Made by a program: the position numbers and the translations under genes
The notes under the pieces: model-generated
Database searches by the model: none
The model's input: the letters and a program-made list of their open reading frames with translations, nothing else
What the model was told of the DNA's origin: nothing
Source: Octopus sinensis
Lineage: Eukaryota
Direction of reading: 5' to 3'
Length of the DNA: 64,000 bases
Assembly: GCF_006345805.1 (NCBI RefSeq)
Contig: NC_043007.1
Span: forward strand, 25,358,001-25,422,000
In this document: one piece after another, positions 23,074 to 36,080 of the stretch
How positions within the stretch are numbered: position 1 is the first letter of the stretch
Layout: each line of letters starts with the position of its first letter

Positions 23074-23806
23074 ACAGAGAAATACAGGATAATATCAAAC
23101 ATTCTTTTATATATATTCTTACATCTGCTGAAGCTTCAGGCTGTACTTTTATGAGAGTACAGTACTTTTGTGAAAGTATGATGCGTTCTTTTGTGTGTTT
23201 TATATGTTTTATTTTATCCCTGAAAATATTGAGAGAAATTCAAAGATGGGGGGGGGTTCCCCAATAGAGAAAGAGTTGAAGGAAAAGTGGTGGGGTGAGA
23301 GATGAGAGGGAAAAGTGTGATAGAGAGAGGTTTAGAGAGAAAGAGAGCTATGGTGAGATTGGGAGAAAGAGTAAGAGTGTGAGTGAGAGAAGGACAGAGA
23401 GAGTGAGAGAGGGAGTGTCAGCATGAGTGTATGGTGGTAAAAGTGTTAGAGTGTTGAAGAGAAGTAGTGAGAGGGAGTGCAAGAGGAAGTGAGAGATTGT
23501 GAGGAAATGAGAGAGGGAAAGAGAGAAAGAGAGAGATTGGAAGAAAATGAGAGAGGGAAAGAGAGAGAGAGAGAGAGAGAGTGAGAGTGAGAAAGATGTA
23601 GTTAGTGAGTTAAAATAGTCTTAAATGGAATGAAAGAAAGAGAAATAAGAAACAGAGACAAAATCGAGAGAGAGAGAGAGAGAGAGAAAGCACAAGAGAG
23701 AGAGAGCGAGAGAGAGAGAGAGAAAGCACTAAAGAGAGAGAGAGAGAACACAAGAGAGAGTATAAGAGAGAGAGACAGACAGACAGAGACAGATAGATAG
23801 ACAGAT

Positions 23807-23837
<31 letters not shown>

Positions 23838-24200
23838 AAGTGCAAGAGAGAGAGAGAGAGAGAGAGAGAAAGTGCAAGAGAGAGAGAGAGAAAGCGCAAG
23901 AGAGAGTATAAGAGAGAGAGAGAGAGACTGACAGAGACACATAGATAGACAGACAGATAGATAGATAGAGAGAGAGAGAGGGAGAGAGAAAGAGAGATGC
24001 AGAAAGACAGGTAGGCAGAGACACAGAGAGGGAAAGTGACAGATGGACAGACATACAGGTAGGCAGGTAAGCAAACAGACAGAGGGGACAAAAAGAGGGA
24101 AAGAGGGAATCAAAAAGATAGATAGAAAGAAAACCATTGGGACCAAATGATGAGAGAGAGAGAGAGAGAGAGAAGAAAGAGAGAGAATGTGTGTGTGTGT
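21618..24200. repeat. Microsatellite field (TATG, TATC, TA, CA, GA)
   Basis: Seen directly. Confidence 0.9.
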
Positions 24201-24312
24201 GACAGAGAGAAGAGGCAGAACACACCCCAGGGTTTTAGAACAATTTTATCAGAATTAAAGAAAAGTTGTTGAAAACAGAATTAAAGAAATATTTGGAAGT
24301 GAGATGACACAG

Positions 24313-25372
24313 GTGTTGTTTCGCTTCAGGTGGTCTCTGATTAACAGACCTATGATCAAAGATATTCTGACCATGTGCAACCAGTTTTTATATTTAGATA
24401 TTTTTTTTTTTTCTGGGACTACATAATATATTGTGTCTTCCTTGTTGTTGGTTAGCTGCAGGTCAACCTTGATCCAAAAATCTTTTTGATCAAAGACACT
24501 CCAGCAGTGACTACCGCCTTTTATTTACATTTACATTATATAATGTGTCCTTCCTTGTAGCTGTTGCATAACCCCAGGTCATCCCTGATCCGGCAGATAT
24601 ATAATCAAAGTCATTCTAGCTGTGACCATCCTGTCTTTATTTATAGATATATAATGTCTCCTTCCTTGTTCTTATTATTTAGCCCTAGGTGAGTCCTGAT
24701 CCAACAGACATATGATCAAAGACATTCCAACTGTGATCATCTTGCCATTTATTTAGATTTACATTATATAACATATTGTTCCTCATTATTGTTGTTTAGC
24801 CCCAACAGTTTTATTATCAACGACATTCCAACTGTGACCATCCATTTTTTAAAATTTACATTTGACTTTGTAGGCGTAGGAGTGGCTGCGTGGTAAGTAG
24901 CTTGCTTACAGACCACATGGTTCCTGGTTCAGTCCCACTGCGTGACACCTTGGGACAAGTGTCATCTACTATAGCCTCGGGCCGACCAAAGCCTTGTGAG
25001 TGGATTTGGTAGACGGAAACTGAAAGAAGCCCGTCGTATAATTGTATATATATATGTATGTGTGTATATGTTTGTGTGTCTGTATTTGTCCCCCCAACAT
25101 CGTTTGACAACAGATGCTGGTGTGTTTACGTCCCCGTAACTTAGCGGTTTGGCAAAAGAGACCAATAGAATAAGTACTAGGCTTCCAAAGAATAAGTCCT
25201 GGGGTCGATTTGATTGACTAAAAAGGCGGTGCTCCAGCATGGCCGCAGTCAAATGACTGAAACAAGTAAAACAGTAATTTACATTATATAACATGCCTTT
25301 CCTTTTGGTTTAACCCCAGGTCAGTTTTGATCCAACAGTCTTATGATAAAAACCATTTCAACCATGACCATC
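24313..25372 (-). repeat. Old tandem array of family E 3' ends (~6 units, 111-132 bp)
   Basis: ttgtttagccccaggt..ctgatcc..tatgatcaaagacattcc..tgaccatc repeats; interrupted by a family A SINE. Confidence 0.7.
24873..25276 (+). mobile_element. Family A SINE
   Basis: Full-length copy. Confidence 0.9.
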
Positions 25373-25384
25373 TCAACTACATGT

Positions 25385-25625
25385 TAATCAGTCAGTCATG
25401 CACTTGCTTGATGGGGCTGGAGTCTTTCCAGATTAAGGGTCCCAGAGGCATCATCATCCATAAAGTTGACCAGGATCACCAGCTCCATCATTGCTGATGG
25501 TCCGATGCCAGCTTCTCTGCATCCCTCGAGGTGAGAACAAGCCTCTGGAGATCTTCTTTAGCCACATCCGGCCATCTGGTGTAGGGCCTACCATGGGGCC
25601 TCTTTCAGCCTGTGGCTATTGTGTG
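25385..25625 (-). mobile_element. RTE-clade LINE extreme 3' fragment (second family)
   Basis: Translates KRP.GRPYTRWPDVAKEDLQRL..DAEKLASD (RTE C-terminus); (ACTG)n tail. Confidence 0.55.
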
Positions 25626-26019
25626 AAATAAGAGTAAGAGTCTAAATTATCTAATATGTCAATCCATTTGTTAAAGAAGGTAAAGTGTGTGATCAGATGA
25701 TGATTTGGCTGCTCTTTCTAGCAAGTCAGAAGTCTGTATAGAAAATCCGTTAAATACGTGGTTGTTGTTATTCTTGCTGTTTAAAGTTTCCACATCAATC
25801 CTGATGGCACAAATCTATGATGAAAGGCATTCCAATCGTGACCATCCTATCTGTTGGAACTATATAGTCCAGTGTGTGCTCCTGTCTTTCTTTCTCTAAA
25901 ATAGTATGATATAATTGAAGGGAATTTGGCTGCTATTTCTAGTAGATTGAAGCTCCCTTGTTGGCTCACGGAAGATATCCATATATATCTGATATGAGAA
26001 TTGTAGTAAAAAGCAGCAG

Positions 26020-27110
26020 CACCACCACAACCAACACCACCACCACCACCTCCACCACCAACACCACCAACACCACCACCATCACCACCAACAACAACAG
26101 CAACAGCAGCACTCCTCATGCTCCTCCTCCACCTCCTCCTCCACCTCCTCGTCCTTGTCCTCTTCCTCCACCTCCTCGTCCTCATCCCCCTCGTCCTCCT
26201 CCACCTCGTCCCCCTTGTCGTTGTCGTCGTCGTCCTCTTCCTCCTCTGCCATCACCACCACCACCACCACCACCACCACCACCACCACCAAAACCACCAC
26301 CACCAATAATAACATTAACGAAGGAGTTTCTACTTGGTTTCTCAACTTGCTAGAAACAGCAGCCAAATCTTCTTCAGATCATGGTCTTTGAGAAAAGAAT
26401 AAAATACTGGAGGAAGTGGTTTTGAATGCATTGTACCTTGGAATAATAATAAAAAAAAATACAACCTGGGATGGTTGCAGATGGAATGTCTTTGTGTATA
26501 GATCAGCTTAATCAAAGATGATTGAAGCTAAACAACAACACACCACCACCATGGCCACCACCACCACCACCACGACCATCACCACCACTATGGCCACTAC
26601 TGCCACTGCAACCACCACCACCACCACCACACCACCACCACCACCAACTACCACCACCACCACCACCACTACCACCACCACCACCAGCAACCACCACCAC
26701 CACAACCACCACTACCACCACAACCACCACCACCACCACCACAACCACCACGACCACCACCACCACCAACACCACCACCAACACCACCATCACCACCACT
26801 ATGGCCACTACTGCCACTGCAACCACCACCACCACCACCACCACCACCACAACCACCACACTACCACCACAACCACCACTACCACCACAACCACCACTAC
26901 CACCACAATCACCACCACCACCAACACCACCAATACCACCACCACCACCATCGCCATCATCACCACCACAACAACCACCACTACCACCACCACCACCACC
27001 AACACCACCACACTCACCGCCACAGCTGTGGCTGCCTTCACTGTCTTCACCATCACTACAAGCACCACCACCACCACCACCGACGATGAAAACAACAACA
27101 ACAACCAGAA
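26020..27110. repeat. (CAC/CTC/AAC)n microsatellites
   Basis: Seen directly; explains the poly-T/P/H ORFs. Confidence 0.95.
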
Positions 27111-27425
27111 CCTACGGGAGTACAGAAATAGATTGGCCAGTGGAGAGAATGTGACATGTTGCATCTGTCACTCTGCACTGTGTGTGATTCATCACTCATG
27201 ACAGTGTGCAGTAACTGCAGGAATACAAGTATAGACAAGACAATGGAAAGAGTGCAATATGTGCAGATTGTTACACAGCACCCCATATTATTAATCACAG
27301 AGTACTGCAGTGTGCAGTGAATGCTGAAGTGCAGAGAAATTGACTGGACAGTTGAGAGAGTGCAACATGTCTAAACTAACACCGTGCACCCCATATTGTT
27401 ATTAAAAAAACAACCCAGGATAAAG

Positions 27426-27572
27426 GGCACCTTGGGTAAGTGTCTTCAACTATAGCCTCAGGCCGACCAAAACCTTGTGAGTGGATTTGGTAGAAGGAAA
27501 CTAAAAGAAGCCTGTCGTATATATGTATATGTATATGTATATATATATTGTATATAAATATATATTATATAT

Positions 27573-27622
<50 letters not shown>

Positions 27623-27825
27623 TTCTGTGTCTGTGTTTGTCCCCCCAACATCGCTTGACAACCGATGCTGGTGTGCTTACATCCCGATAACTTAGCGGTT
27701 TGACAAAAGAAACTGATAGTATAAGTACTAGGCTTACAAAGAATAAGTCCTGGAGTCGATTTGCTTGACTAAAGGCTGTGCTCCAGCATGGCCACAGTCA
27801 AATGACCAAAACAAGTAAAAGAGTA
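27426..27825 (+). mobile_element. Family A SINE lacking its head
   Basis: Starts at the CORE-like ggcaccttggg. Confidence 0.85.
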
Positions 27826-27899
27826 TGTTTCCCAAGCCATAGGTCTATTAGGCTGGTTTCCCAGATTCTGTGGTGTATATCCTTTTCTACTCTAGGCAC

Positions 27900-28277
27900 C
27901 AGGCACAAAATTTTGGGAGAGGAGGCCAGTCAATTAGATCGACTCTAGTACGCAACTGGTACTTAATTTATTGACCCTGAAAGGATGAAAGGTAAAGTTA
28001 ACCTTGGTGGAATTTGAACTCAGAACGTAAAGACAGATGAAATACCTATTTCTTAACTACCCACAAGGGGCTAAACACAGAGAGGACAAACAAGGACAGA
28101 CAAATGGATTAAGTCGATTATATCGATCCCAGTGCATAACTGGTACTTATTTAATCGACCCCGAAAGGGTGAAAGGCAAAGTTGACCTCGGCGGAATTTG
28201 AACTCAGAACGTAACGGCAGACGAAATACCGCTAAGCATTTTGCCCAGCGTGCTAATATCTCTACCAGCTCGCTGCC
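27900..28277 (-). mobile_element. Family C SINE dimer
   Basis: Same AAGAAATAGGTATTTC junction (28039-28054, reverse complement) as the 9-10 kb array. Confidence 0.8.
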
Positions 28278-28780
28278 TTTCTGTGGTGTGTATCATCAAC
28301 ATCTTAAACACCACCAGCAACCACACTATCCTCCACCATCGCTACATCCTCTGGCACCACCACCACACTACCAAGGACAACATAAGCAGGGTCACAACCA
28401 ACACTGCTACCACAGCAACGATTATAACACAGAGATTCCACTGTCCTTACACATCATCATCACTGTTTAACACCCTCCTTCCATGCTGGCATGGGTTGGA
28501 TTGTTTGACAGGAGCTGGCCAGGCAGAAGACTGCCCCATACTTCTGTGTCTGTATGGGCATGTTTTTAACAGCTGGATGCCCTTCCTAACGGCAACAAAC
28601 CTGCTGCCAAAAAGAAAGAAAGGAAACAAAACAAAACACAGCATCCCAAAGCTCTCTGTCTAGCAGTCATGGTGTGTTGAATTTATAGTGGTTGATAGGC
28701 TCAGTAGAAAGTACGCCAAAAGATGAAATCGTTGCTGGAGCCTATTCCACATGAAGTCATCAGTGGTCAGATTTTGTTGA

Positions 28781-29042
28781 CCAGCCTCGCCTGGCCCCCG
28801 TGCCGGTGGCACATAAAAAGCACCATCTGATCATGGCTGTTTGCCAGACTCGTCTGGCACGTAAAAAGCACCCACTACACTCATGGAGTGGTCGGCGTTA
28901 GGAAGGGCATCCAGCCGTAGAAACATTGCCAGATCAAACTGGGCCTGGTGCAGCCTTCTGGCTTCCCAGACCCCAGTTGAACTGTCCAACCCATGCTAGC
29001 ATGGAAAGCGGACGCTAAACGATGATGATGATGATGATGATG
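28781..29042 (+). mobile_element. 5'-truncated RTE 3' UTR
   Basis: About 1.5 VNTR units, GGAAGGGCATCCAGCC, (GAT)n tail. Confidence 0.8.
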
Positions 29043-29047
29043 TAGGC

Positions 29048-29268
29048 CAGTGGTTTTCAACCAGGGTTCCGTGGAACCTTAGGGTTCCGCCAGTACAGTC
29101 CAGGGGGTTCCGCAAGAAGTTACAAAAATGCTAAAATTGACAGTAATTTTTAATTCTCCAGTGCAGATATGTGTGCATAAGACAATTAAATTATTGCACA
29201 GGGGGTTCCTCGAGCCAGTGAAATGTTTTCTTGGGGTTCCGCTCCAGCAAAAAGGTTGAAAAGCACTG
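29048..29268. mobile_element. hAT MITE (221 bp)
   Basis: TIR cagtggttttcaacc / ggttgaaaagcactg (14/15); 8-bp TSD atgtaggc/gtgtaggc. Confidence 0.85.
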
Positions 29269-29394
29269 GTGTAGGCAATATTCTAGTGAATTGCAACATT
29301 GGGTTGATTACTAAATGTTCCTGCTACACAAACATTAATAGAGATTTTAGCCTAGTCACAAAGCCATACATTTTGATCAGAATATATCAGTTCA

Positions 29395-29907
29395 CTAGCA
29401 GCATAACCCGGCATTGCCCGGGTATGTAAGAGCCCCTGGAGCAGACATGATGCTCGCTGTGAATTTAAAAAAAATTTCCTGCCAATTTGTGAAAGATATT
29501 GTCGAAAATATGTCATCTTGAATTTGAACGCGATTTCCCAAAATGGCATGATTTTATCGATTTTTTCTGATGGTAAGGTATTGCATGGAAAACTAACGTC
29601 GGAATTAAGTTTCTTAGGGTAACATTAAGCTTCACCATGAGTTTGGTCAAAATCGATTGCAAGTTGCGAAAACTACAACAGAAAATGTGTTGCAAATAAA
29701 AAGCTTAGATTCTCGACCCCATGTCGAATTTATTAATTTTTTTCAGAACTGGGGAACTTTTCAAAATTTTCGCTGCGTTAGTTTTGAATTATGACATTGG
29801 GCTATGTGTGTGTCAAGTTTCATCAGAATCGGTTGAAAGCCGTGGTCAGGGTGAGGGTACAACCTGACAGACACACAGACAGACAAACTGCCGTTTATAT
29901 AGAGAGG
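29395..29907 (-). mobile_element. Non-autonomous Helitron (third internal type)
   Basis: TCTCTATATAAAC 5' end; CCCGGGCAATGCCGGG hairpin plus CTAG|T 3' end. Confidence 0.7.
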
Positions 29908-30399
29908 GTTTAAAGTGACTACAGCTGCTGGTTGGTATGTAGTTTACTGCCTCCCATCCCCACCAACCAGAATGAGAAAAAATGCAGAGAACCTCAGTGA
30001 GATTTGCACTCAGAATATAAAGGGACATAACTTAATACTGCAAAATATATTTTACTATCTGCTAACCTCATGAGTTTTTTCCTCTTAGTATTTATTCTGG
30101 TTCAATGTGGGGCCTGTTTATTTTAGTATTGGTACGACTGATATATCGTTCCTTCTGATATGGGTAACTAGGGGAGGGCTACTACGATAAACTGGGTTTC
30201 AAAGTCCATGATTCCTAACACAACTAAGCTGGTGAGGTGGAATTTGAACACTGAATTCAAAGAGTCAGACCAGGTACTGCAAGGTATCATGTCTGATACT
30301 CCAAGGATTCTGCCATTCCATTGCCATGCATTGAACTAATTATCAGTCTCAAATTTTGGTGCAAGTTCAGCAGTTTCTGAACAACCACTTCCTCTGTTA

Positions 30400-30780
30400 A
30401 TTAAGTTGCTTACATAAAAGAATCTATTAGCAACTTCAAGCGAGCTAGTCAAGTATTTAAGAGAATTTAATGCTAGTAGTGTACTCTCTGTGTGTCTTGC
30501 TCTTGTGAATCTGCAGCATACAAAAATTCCTTTGACTATTAGACTCCATGTGTCTCTATTACACTTCTTGTGCATTATGTTCAGAACTAATAGTCAGTAC
30601 AGCATATAGGGTTTCTACCTATTCCATTTCTGCATATTGAGCAAGGCCATTTCCTTGATAACATTGGAGTTCTGTCTACTTTCCTATTTATTAGTACCTT
30701 ACTTTTTACTGTGTTTACCTTGAGTTCTCTTGATTCTAGGTTTTGTTTCCATGCTACAAATTTTTTCTCGGTATGCTCTA
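30400..30780 (-). pseudogene. Decayed RTE RT fragment
   Basis: WKQNLES..KVN..KSKVL..WPCSIC..GIGRNPI..HKKC..FVC..LEV..F.Y, homologous to 36589-37602. Confidence 0.7.
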
Positions 30781-30782
30781 GG

Positions 30783-31624
30783 CAGGGCCAGATTAAGACC
30801 CATCGAGGCCCTAAGCACTTAAAAGATTTTGGTGCCCCCATAAAAAGATTATGTAATTCAAAATATAAACAATAACAAACCATGAAATAAATTTTTATTT
30901 TTCAAAACGAAACAAAACAGCAAGAGGGAAAATAATGTTTATTTTTGTATACTTCCACTTTATATACATGTGTATACCTTTGCAAAGTGTGGGCGTAGTC
31001 AGTTTATAGCTTCATGTGTTGTTGTTTAACCCTAGGCTCACATCTCAATGATCAGACCTACTTTGATCAAAAACTCTCCCAACCATGACCAACCTATCAA
31101 TTTCTTTGAACAGTGGTTATCCAACATGTCATTTTTTTCTAAGACGGCAGAAAATGATAAAGAGGTGGGGGTTCGAGTGTTGATAGTTGTAGTTATGCGA
31201 AGGGTTGGATTAAGACCCATCGAGGCCCTAAGCACTTAAAAGATTTTGGTGCCCCCATAAAAGATTATGTAATTCAAAATATAAACAATAACTAACCATG
31301 AAATAAATTTTTACTTTTCAAAACGAAACAAAACAGCAAGAGGGAAAATAATGTTCATTTTTGTATTCTTCCAATTTATTTATATTTGAAAAGTTTCCTC
31401 CTACTTTTTTGAATTGCAAAGTCTTTGATCAAATCCTCAAAATTAATCTTGGGTAACACATCTGCATCTATACTTAGTAGAGATAAAGGCATCCTGAATA
31501 TTATTTTAACAAGTTTAAAGTGATTTCTTTTGTGTTGTAAACTATTTACTATTTCTGTGGTGCCCTTCCTTCCCTTAATGCTCTAAACACATGCTTATTT
31601 TGCTTAATGGTTAATCCAGCACTG
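30783..31624. mobile_element. hAT (Tip100-like) MITE with internal duplication
   Basis: TIR cagggccagattaa / ttaatccagcactg; TSD gctctagg/actctagg; 30791-30957 duplicated at 31208-31373. Confidence 0.65.
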
Positions 31625-31632
31625 ACTCTAGG

Positions 31633-32262
31633 TGTAGGTGAAGCTTGCTTCCCAACCACATGGTTCCAGGTTCAGTCCCACTATATGGCGCCATGGGCAG
31701 ATAGCTTCTACAATAGCCTTGGGCCGACTAAAGCTCCGTGAGTGGATTTGGTAGACAGAAACTGAAAGAAGGCGGCGACTAGGCAGAAACGTTAGCATGC
31801 CGGGCGAAATGCTTCGGGGTATTTCGTCTGCCGCTACATTCTGAGTTCAAATTCTGCCAAGGTCGACTTTGCCTTTCATCCTTTCGGGGTCGATAAATTA
31901 AGTACCAGTTATGCACTGGGGTCGATGTAATCGACTTAATCCGTTTGTCTGTCCTTGTTTGTCCCCTCTATGTTTAGCCCCTTGTGGGCCATGAAGAAAT
32001 AAGAAACCAAAAGAAATTCATATACATAAGTATATATCTTTGTGTGTGTGTGTGACTTTCTGTCTGTGCTTGTCCCCCACCACCGCTTGACAACCGGTGT
32101 TGGTGTGTTTACATCCCTGTAACTTAGAAGCTTGGAAAAAGAAACTGACAGGGTAAGTACTAGGCTTTAAAAAAGTATATACTTAAGTTGATTTGTTTGA
32201 CTAAAAACCTTCATGGTGGACCCCAGCATGCCCACAGTCAAATGGCTGAAGCAAGTAAAAGA
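31633..32262 (+). mobile_element. Old family A SINE with nested family C SINE (31771-32001)
   Basis: Family A sequence stops at gaaagaag and resumes after the C tail. Confidence 0.75.
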
Positions 32263-32584
32263 TAACAGATGCTGCTGAGAAATAGATCATTAACATTAGA
32301 GTTTACGTGGTCAACAGGTCCTGAAAACCTCAGTGATGGCCTGTAAAACTATAGTGTACAGGAAAGAGATGAGGACTGAGCCAGGATGGATCCTCGATGA
32401 ACCTCAAGCTTGTTAGTAAAGTTGTTGCTTTGTGAGAGGAGAGTGACAGGAGAGTAGAAATGTGTGGAGGAAGAGGTTAATATGGTGAATGATGTACAAG
32501 GGTGGAAGTGTGGTTGATAGTAAATATCAGTATAGGAGAGAAAGTAAAAGAAATAGCTCAGGAGAGGAATGCTAGAGGCTTAAA

Positions 32585-33460
32585 GCCCTTAGATTCCAGG
32601 TTTTGTTTCTACACTCTCTCTTTTTACTCTTTTACTTGTTTCAGTCATTTGACTGCGGCCATGCTGGAGCACCGCCTTTAGTTGAGCAAATCGACCCCGG
32701 GACTTATTCTTTGTAAGCCCAGTACTTATTCTAACGGTCTCTTTTGCCGAACCGCTAAGTGACGGGGATGTAAACACACCAGCATTGGTTGTCAAGCAAT
32801 GCTAGGGGGACAAACACAGACACACAAACATACACACACATACATATATGCATATATATGACAGGCTTCTTTCAGTTTCCGTCTACCAAATCCACTCACA
32901 AGGCATTGGTCGGCCCGAGGCTATAGCAGAAGACACTTGCCCAAGATGCCACGCAGTGGGACTGAACCCGGAACCATGTGGTTGGTAAGCAAGCTACTTA
33001 CCACACAGCCACTCCTGCACACCAATTCCACAACAGATTCAGTTATAAGAGCAAGGCCATCAATATATCAGGGTTAGGGATCAAGAGAAACAGGTCTTAA
33101 ATTCCTCTCTTGTGGCCTAGCGGACAATGATGAATAGATGGGGACCAAGAACAGAGATCAGGTGAACTCCTAACTGTATTCTAAATTCACTGCTCTACTC
33201 ATTTTCTAATTCTCATCTTACTGAGAATATTCTACCCTGTACATAACTTAGATGGTTCTCACAAGTAACTCTTGTACCCCTTGATTCCTCAGAGGCACAC
33301 TAGATCACAGAACAAGAGACTGCAGGCTTTCTCCAGGCTGATGAAAACCTAGTTCACTTTTACCAAATACTTCTGCAGTTGACATACTCAAAACAGAGCA
33401 TCAGTAGTACTCGACCCTGGCACAAAATCAAACTGCATCTTATGCAGTTCATCTATCACC
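32585..33460 (-). pseudogene. Decayed RTE RT fragment (split by a family A SINE)
   Basis: [56 protein letters not shown]. Confidence 0.65.
32615..33020 (-). mobile_element. Family A SINE
   Basis: Full-length copy. Confidence 0.9.
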
Positions 33461-33600
33461 CCATCTCTGTATACACACACACACACACACACATACACGC
33501 ACAAACGCGCGCGCATATACACACACATATACATAAACTTAATAGATATATATGTACATATATATATAGAAATACATATACAAACACATGTGTGTATGTG

Positions 33601-33673
<73 letters not shown>

Positions 33674-33674
33674 G

Positions 33675-33708
<34 letters not shown>

Positions 33709-34316
33709 ATATATACATATATATACACGCATACATCTATTATCTGTAATACATATCTACACACATATATGCATATAAACACACACACATCTCTATATAT
33801 ATGTATATAATATGTATATATATATAGTGAGAAAAAGCGAGAGATAAAACATCATATCGTTTCCCCACTCATGTGCATATATATATATATATATATATAT
33901 ACGTATGTGATATCTATGCCGATACATCTCGAACAAGTGAACAACATATGCTTTATCACACACGCGTCTCACACCAATACACATACACACGTCTGTCACA
34001 TGAACGAACCCTTCCTCGCCCTCTTCCTCCAACCTATTTATTTACATCCTCTCTTCCCCCCCTCTCTGCTTATTTCCCTCTCTCTCACTGTTTATTTTCC
34101 TCTCTTCCCCTCCTCTCTGTTTATTTCGCCTCTCTCTCTCTCTGTTTATTTCCCTCTCTCTCTCTGTTTATTTTCCTCTCTCTCTCTCTGTTTATTTTCC
34201 TCTCTCTCTCTCTCTGCTTATTTCGCCTCTCTCTCTCTCTCTGTTTCTTTTTTCCTCTCTCTCTCTCTTACTGTTTCTTTACTACGACCACTACCCGACT
34301 ACCGTTTCCTCTTTTC

Positions 34317-34380
34317 TCATTGGTCCAGCGTGGTCATATGACCTATAAAGGTCCCGTCAGTCGTCCGTTTCTTCAGTCGA
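34317..34380 (+). promoter_or_regulatory. Candidate Pol II core promoter (CCAAT, palindrome, TATA, Inr)
   Basis: ATTGG 34319-23; GGTCATATGACC palindrome 34332-43; TATAAA 34344-49; TCAGTC Inr with A at 34375, placing TATA at -31; locally CpG-rich. Confidence 0.5.
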
Positions 34381-34608
34381 TGTCGGGTTTGCTGCTCTGC
34401 ATTTCAAATATGGTTTTCTCTGCCTAGGAATCCCCCCCCATTATATTTTATTATTTCCTTTTTTTTTTTTTTTTTAAACATTGGGGGAAATTTTTTTTTT
34501 TTATTAACAAATTGTGTATACAGTGTTTTTTTTGGGGGGGTTTAGACAGTGAAAGAGACACTTGCACACACGTTCTTGTCGGAATTAATCAGTTTTCTTT
34601 CAAAAAGG

Positions 34609-34714
34609 ATGTCTGCACTTACATACAGAATTACCAGGCTGAGCTCAAGGAAGCAAAAGAGGACCAGTCGGACTGTTAAAGCGCAGACTTCTTCGAAACG
34701 CAAAAGCTGTTCGG
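34609..34714 (+). CDS. Candidate first coding exon, unknown basic peptide
   Basis: aggATG, open frame MSALTYRITRLSSRKQKRTSRTVKAQTSSKRKSCS, donor CGG|GTGAGT at 34715; could instead be a UTR exon. Confidence 0.3.
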
Positions 34715-34789
34715 GTGAGTAAAAAGTCAAAAATATACTGTTGTTGTTTATATATGTTTATATATATATATCATCCCTCCACGTGAACC

Positions 34790-35660
34790 CTCGATGTTGA
34801 AAGCAGTCTTGTGTGGTAAAAGGCATTCCGGTTCTGACCATCCCCATTGTTGTGGATTCAACCTCCTCAGGACCAGGGAGCTAAACCATCGAGCAGAGAT
34901 ATATCATCAAAGGCGTTCCAACTTTGACCATCATACCGTCTTTTATTCAAATATCTATATCCAACATAATATCAAACAATGTGGCCTACATATTTTTTCC
35001 TTTTTGTAAATACAGTAAAAAATGTGATCTGAGTGTGATTTCGCTGCTATTTCTAACATCTTGAATGGCTATGTATATCTCCTTCCCATGATTTTTAAGC
35101 TAAAGATGTGATCTGAGGAAATTTTAGCTGCTATTTCTGGAAAGTCGAGCGGCTTGCTCGAATGATCGCGGTTGTTATTGTTGATGTTTAGCCCCAGGTT
35201 AGCCGTGATCGAGCAGAACTGCGACCAAAAGTATTCCAGCCTATATTTCCCCCTACGTACAAGAAATCTAGCCCCACATTACCCCAAGTGTCCTTTTCCT
35301 AAAGAGGTTACGATGTGATTTGAAGGAGATTTGAACGTTATTTCTAGCATGTTTAGCGACCACGTTGAGGTCTGCTCGTCGGCGTCGTTACAGGAAGAAC
35401 AACAAAAATACACACCCTCTTTGTTCTTGCTTTCTGTTAATCTCTTCAAGATACTTCCTTGTTACGGGTGTTAAATTGTTGATGTTTGGCATCTTTTAAA
35501 CTGCTAGTCAACATGATCAAGCGCATTCCAATCGTGCCCATCACGTCTTTTCTTTTTTAGACAGTCTACATTATCCAATGTGCCCTTCCCTTTTGCAAGA
35601 GATTAGCGCATGATTTGAGCGATATTTAGCTACTGTTTTTAGCAAGTTCAGTGAAAACAG
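34790..35660 (-). repeat. Cluster of ~4 decayed family E copies
   Basis: Repeated gatttgaggga..gctgctatttctagca and tgatcaaaggcattcc motifs. Confidence 0.6.
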
Positions 35661-36080
35661 GATTATCTAGAAATAACAGCTAATTCTCCCTCAAATAAAA
35701 TTCTACCATCATAAAATCGGCAAGATACATTAGATAACGTAGTTTCAGATATATAGATATATGAGGTAAACGGCTATACATACATGCATATATATATATA
35801 TATATATATATAAATATAATGTATGTGTGTATGTATATAACGTGTTTATGTATATATGTAATATGTGTATACATATATTGAATATTTATGTAACTATATT
35901 AAATATAATTATATATATTATATATATGCACACACATATGTAGTATGCATATATGTATATGTTTACTTATACATATGCATACATACATGTATATATGTAC
36001 ATATGCATACATATATGTATATATTTATATATATATATGTATATATTTATGTATATATATATTTATATATATATGTATAT

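Noticed and set aside
28700-28762. C/D snoRNA-like TGATGA...CTGA on the minus strand
   Set aside because: No terminal stem, imperfect box C context, and no recognisable rRNA guide.
30400-33460. One RTE copy split across 30.4-33.5 kb
   Set aside because: The two minus-strand fragments overlap at KQNLES and differ substantially there, so they are probably separate copies.
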